Assembly (NCBI GenBank): GCA_918797485.1
Contig: CAKKNE010000001.1
Coordinates: 4,588,001-4,652,000, forward strand
Direction: 5' to 3'
DNA length: 64,000 nt
Source: Pelagomonas calceolata
Lineage: Eukaryota
The notes under the pieces were generated by a model. The model saw only the letters and a list, made by a program, of their open reading frames with translations, searched no databases and was not told the origin of the DNA. Position 1 is the stretch's first letter. Each line of letters begins with the position of its first letter. The translations under genes and the position numbers were made by a program. Shown one piece after another: positions 63,396 to 64,000 of this stretch.

Positions 63396-63980
63396 TCACT
63401 CCCCGACGATCGCCCGCGTCGGCTCCTCTTGTAACAAGCGCGCCACGACGTCGATCGCCGACGTCGTGTGGTCGCTCAGGCCCGACGACGCCGGCGGCCG
63501 TTCAAATAACTCGGCGAGCGTCGCGTTCAGCTCCCGTCTTAATTCCCTCAGTAAAACCGCGGTCCGCGCCGGCGTCTTCACGAGGCGGATCCAGCGCGCG
63601 ATCGTGACCTCTCGTTTCGCGTGGGCCACGTCGACGTCGCCCGGGTACATCAGCAACAGTGCGAAGGGCGTCGCCACGGCGCAGCCTCCCAGCAACAACC
63701 GCCCGCGGCCCGCCTCCCATCTCCTCGAGAAAAAGGCCACGTGGCACGCCTTCTCATCCAGATCGGAAGCTGCTAACATCGACGACTGGGCCAGTCGAGC
63801 TCGATCGAAGCGCACGGCCGGTCTTATACGTTGCGTGGACGTGTCTTCGCCGGAGGCTTTTGCTGAAGCTATCTTCGGTACACTTAACTCCGTATGCGAG
63901 GCATTCAGCGAACCTTTCGAGCCGTTCTGCGCCACAGCGTCGACGCGCGCGACATGGGGAGCTAGAGCACCCACTAACAC
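63396..63980 (-). CDS. Hypothetical protein (start uncertain)
   Basis: Open frame with a hydrophobic segment; no recognised domain. Confidence 0.4.
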   Translation of the reverse strand: MLVGALAPHVARVDAVAQNGSKGSLNASHTELSVPKIASAKASGEDTSTQRIRPAVRFDRARLAQSSMLAASDLDEKACHVAFFSRRWEAGRGRLLLGGCAVATPFALLLMYPGDVDVAHAKREVTIARWIRLVKTPARTAVLLRELRRELNATLAELFERPPASSGLSDHTTSAIDVVARLLQEEPTRAIVGE

Positions 63981-64000
63981 CGCAGCAATGACATTTGCGT

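Noticed and set aside
1..64000. tRNA, rRNA or other structured RNA genes
   Set aside because: None recognised by eye; tRNAscan-SE and Infernal would be needed to exclude them.

Overview
GC-rich, gene-dense eukaryotic nuclear DNA from a photosynthetic stramenopile, most likely a pelagophyte (Pelagomonas/Aureococcus-like). This is inferred from bipartite plastid-targeting N-termini, lycopene cyclase, a mastigoneme-type protein and introner-type introns. About 30 protein genes can be supported; most other ORFs in the track are high-GC shadow frames. Highlights: (1) Two ORFs at 13150-14802 (-) are joined by an in-frame TGA exactly at the catalytic Cys of an omega/DHAR-type GST motif (V-TGA-PFAQRAWIAL). 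This gives a probable selenoprotein that fuses a Rossmann fold to a Sec-GST, with a compact SECIS-like hairpin just after the stop. (2) A single-pass receptor at 28895-34047 (-) has a mosaic lectin/DUF285 ectodomain and a cytoplasmic MLKL-like four-helix bundle followed by a catalytically intact kinase, a candidate receptor-fused cell-death executor. (3) Four copies of a TIR-bounded introner transposon with 8-bp target-site duplications can be spliced out seamlessly in either orientation; more decayed relatives are also present. (4) An ankyrin protein carries a Nup98 GLEBS-like motif, a DOT1-like methyltransferase has twin 43-nt introns, and a Cys-rich module is shared between two surface proteins. 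All domain calls are by eye, without database searches.
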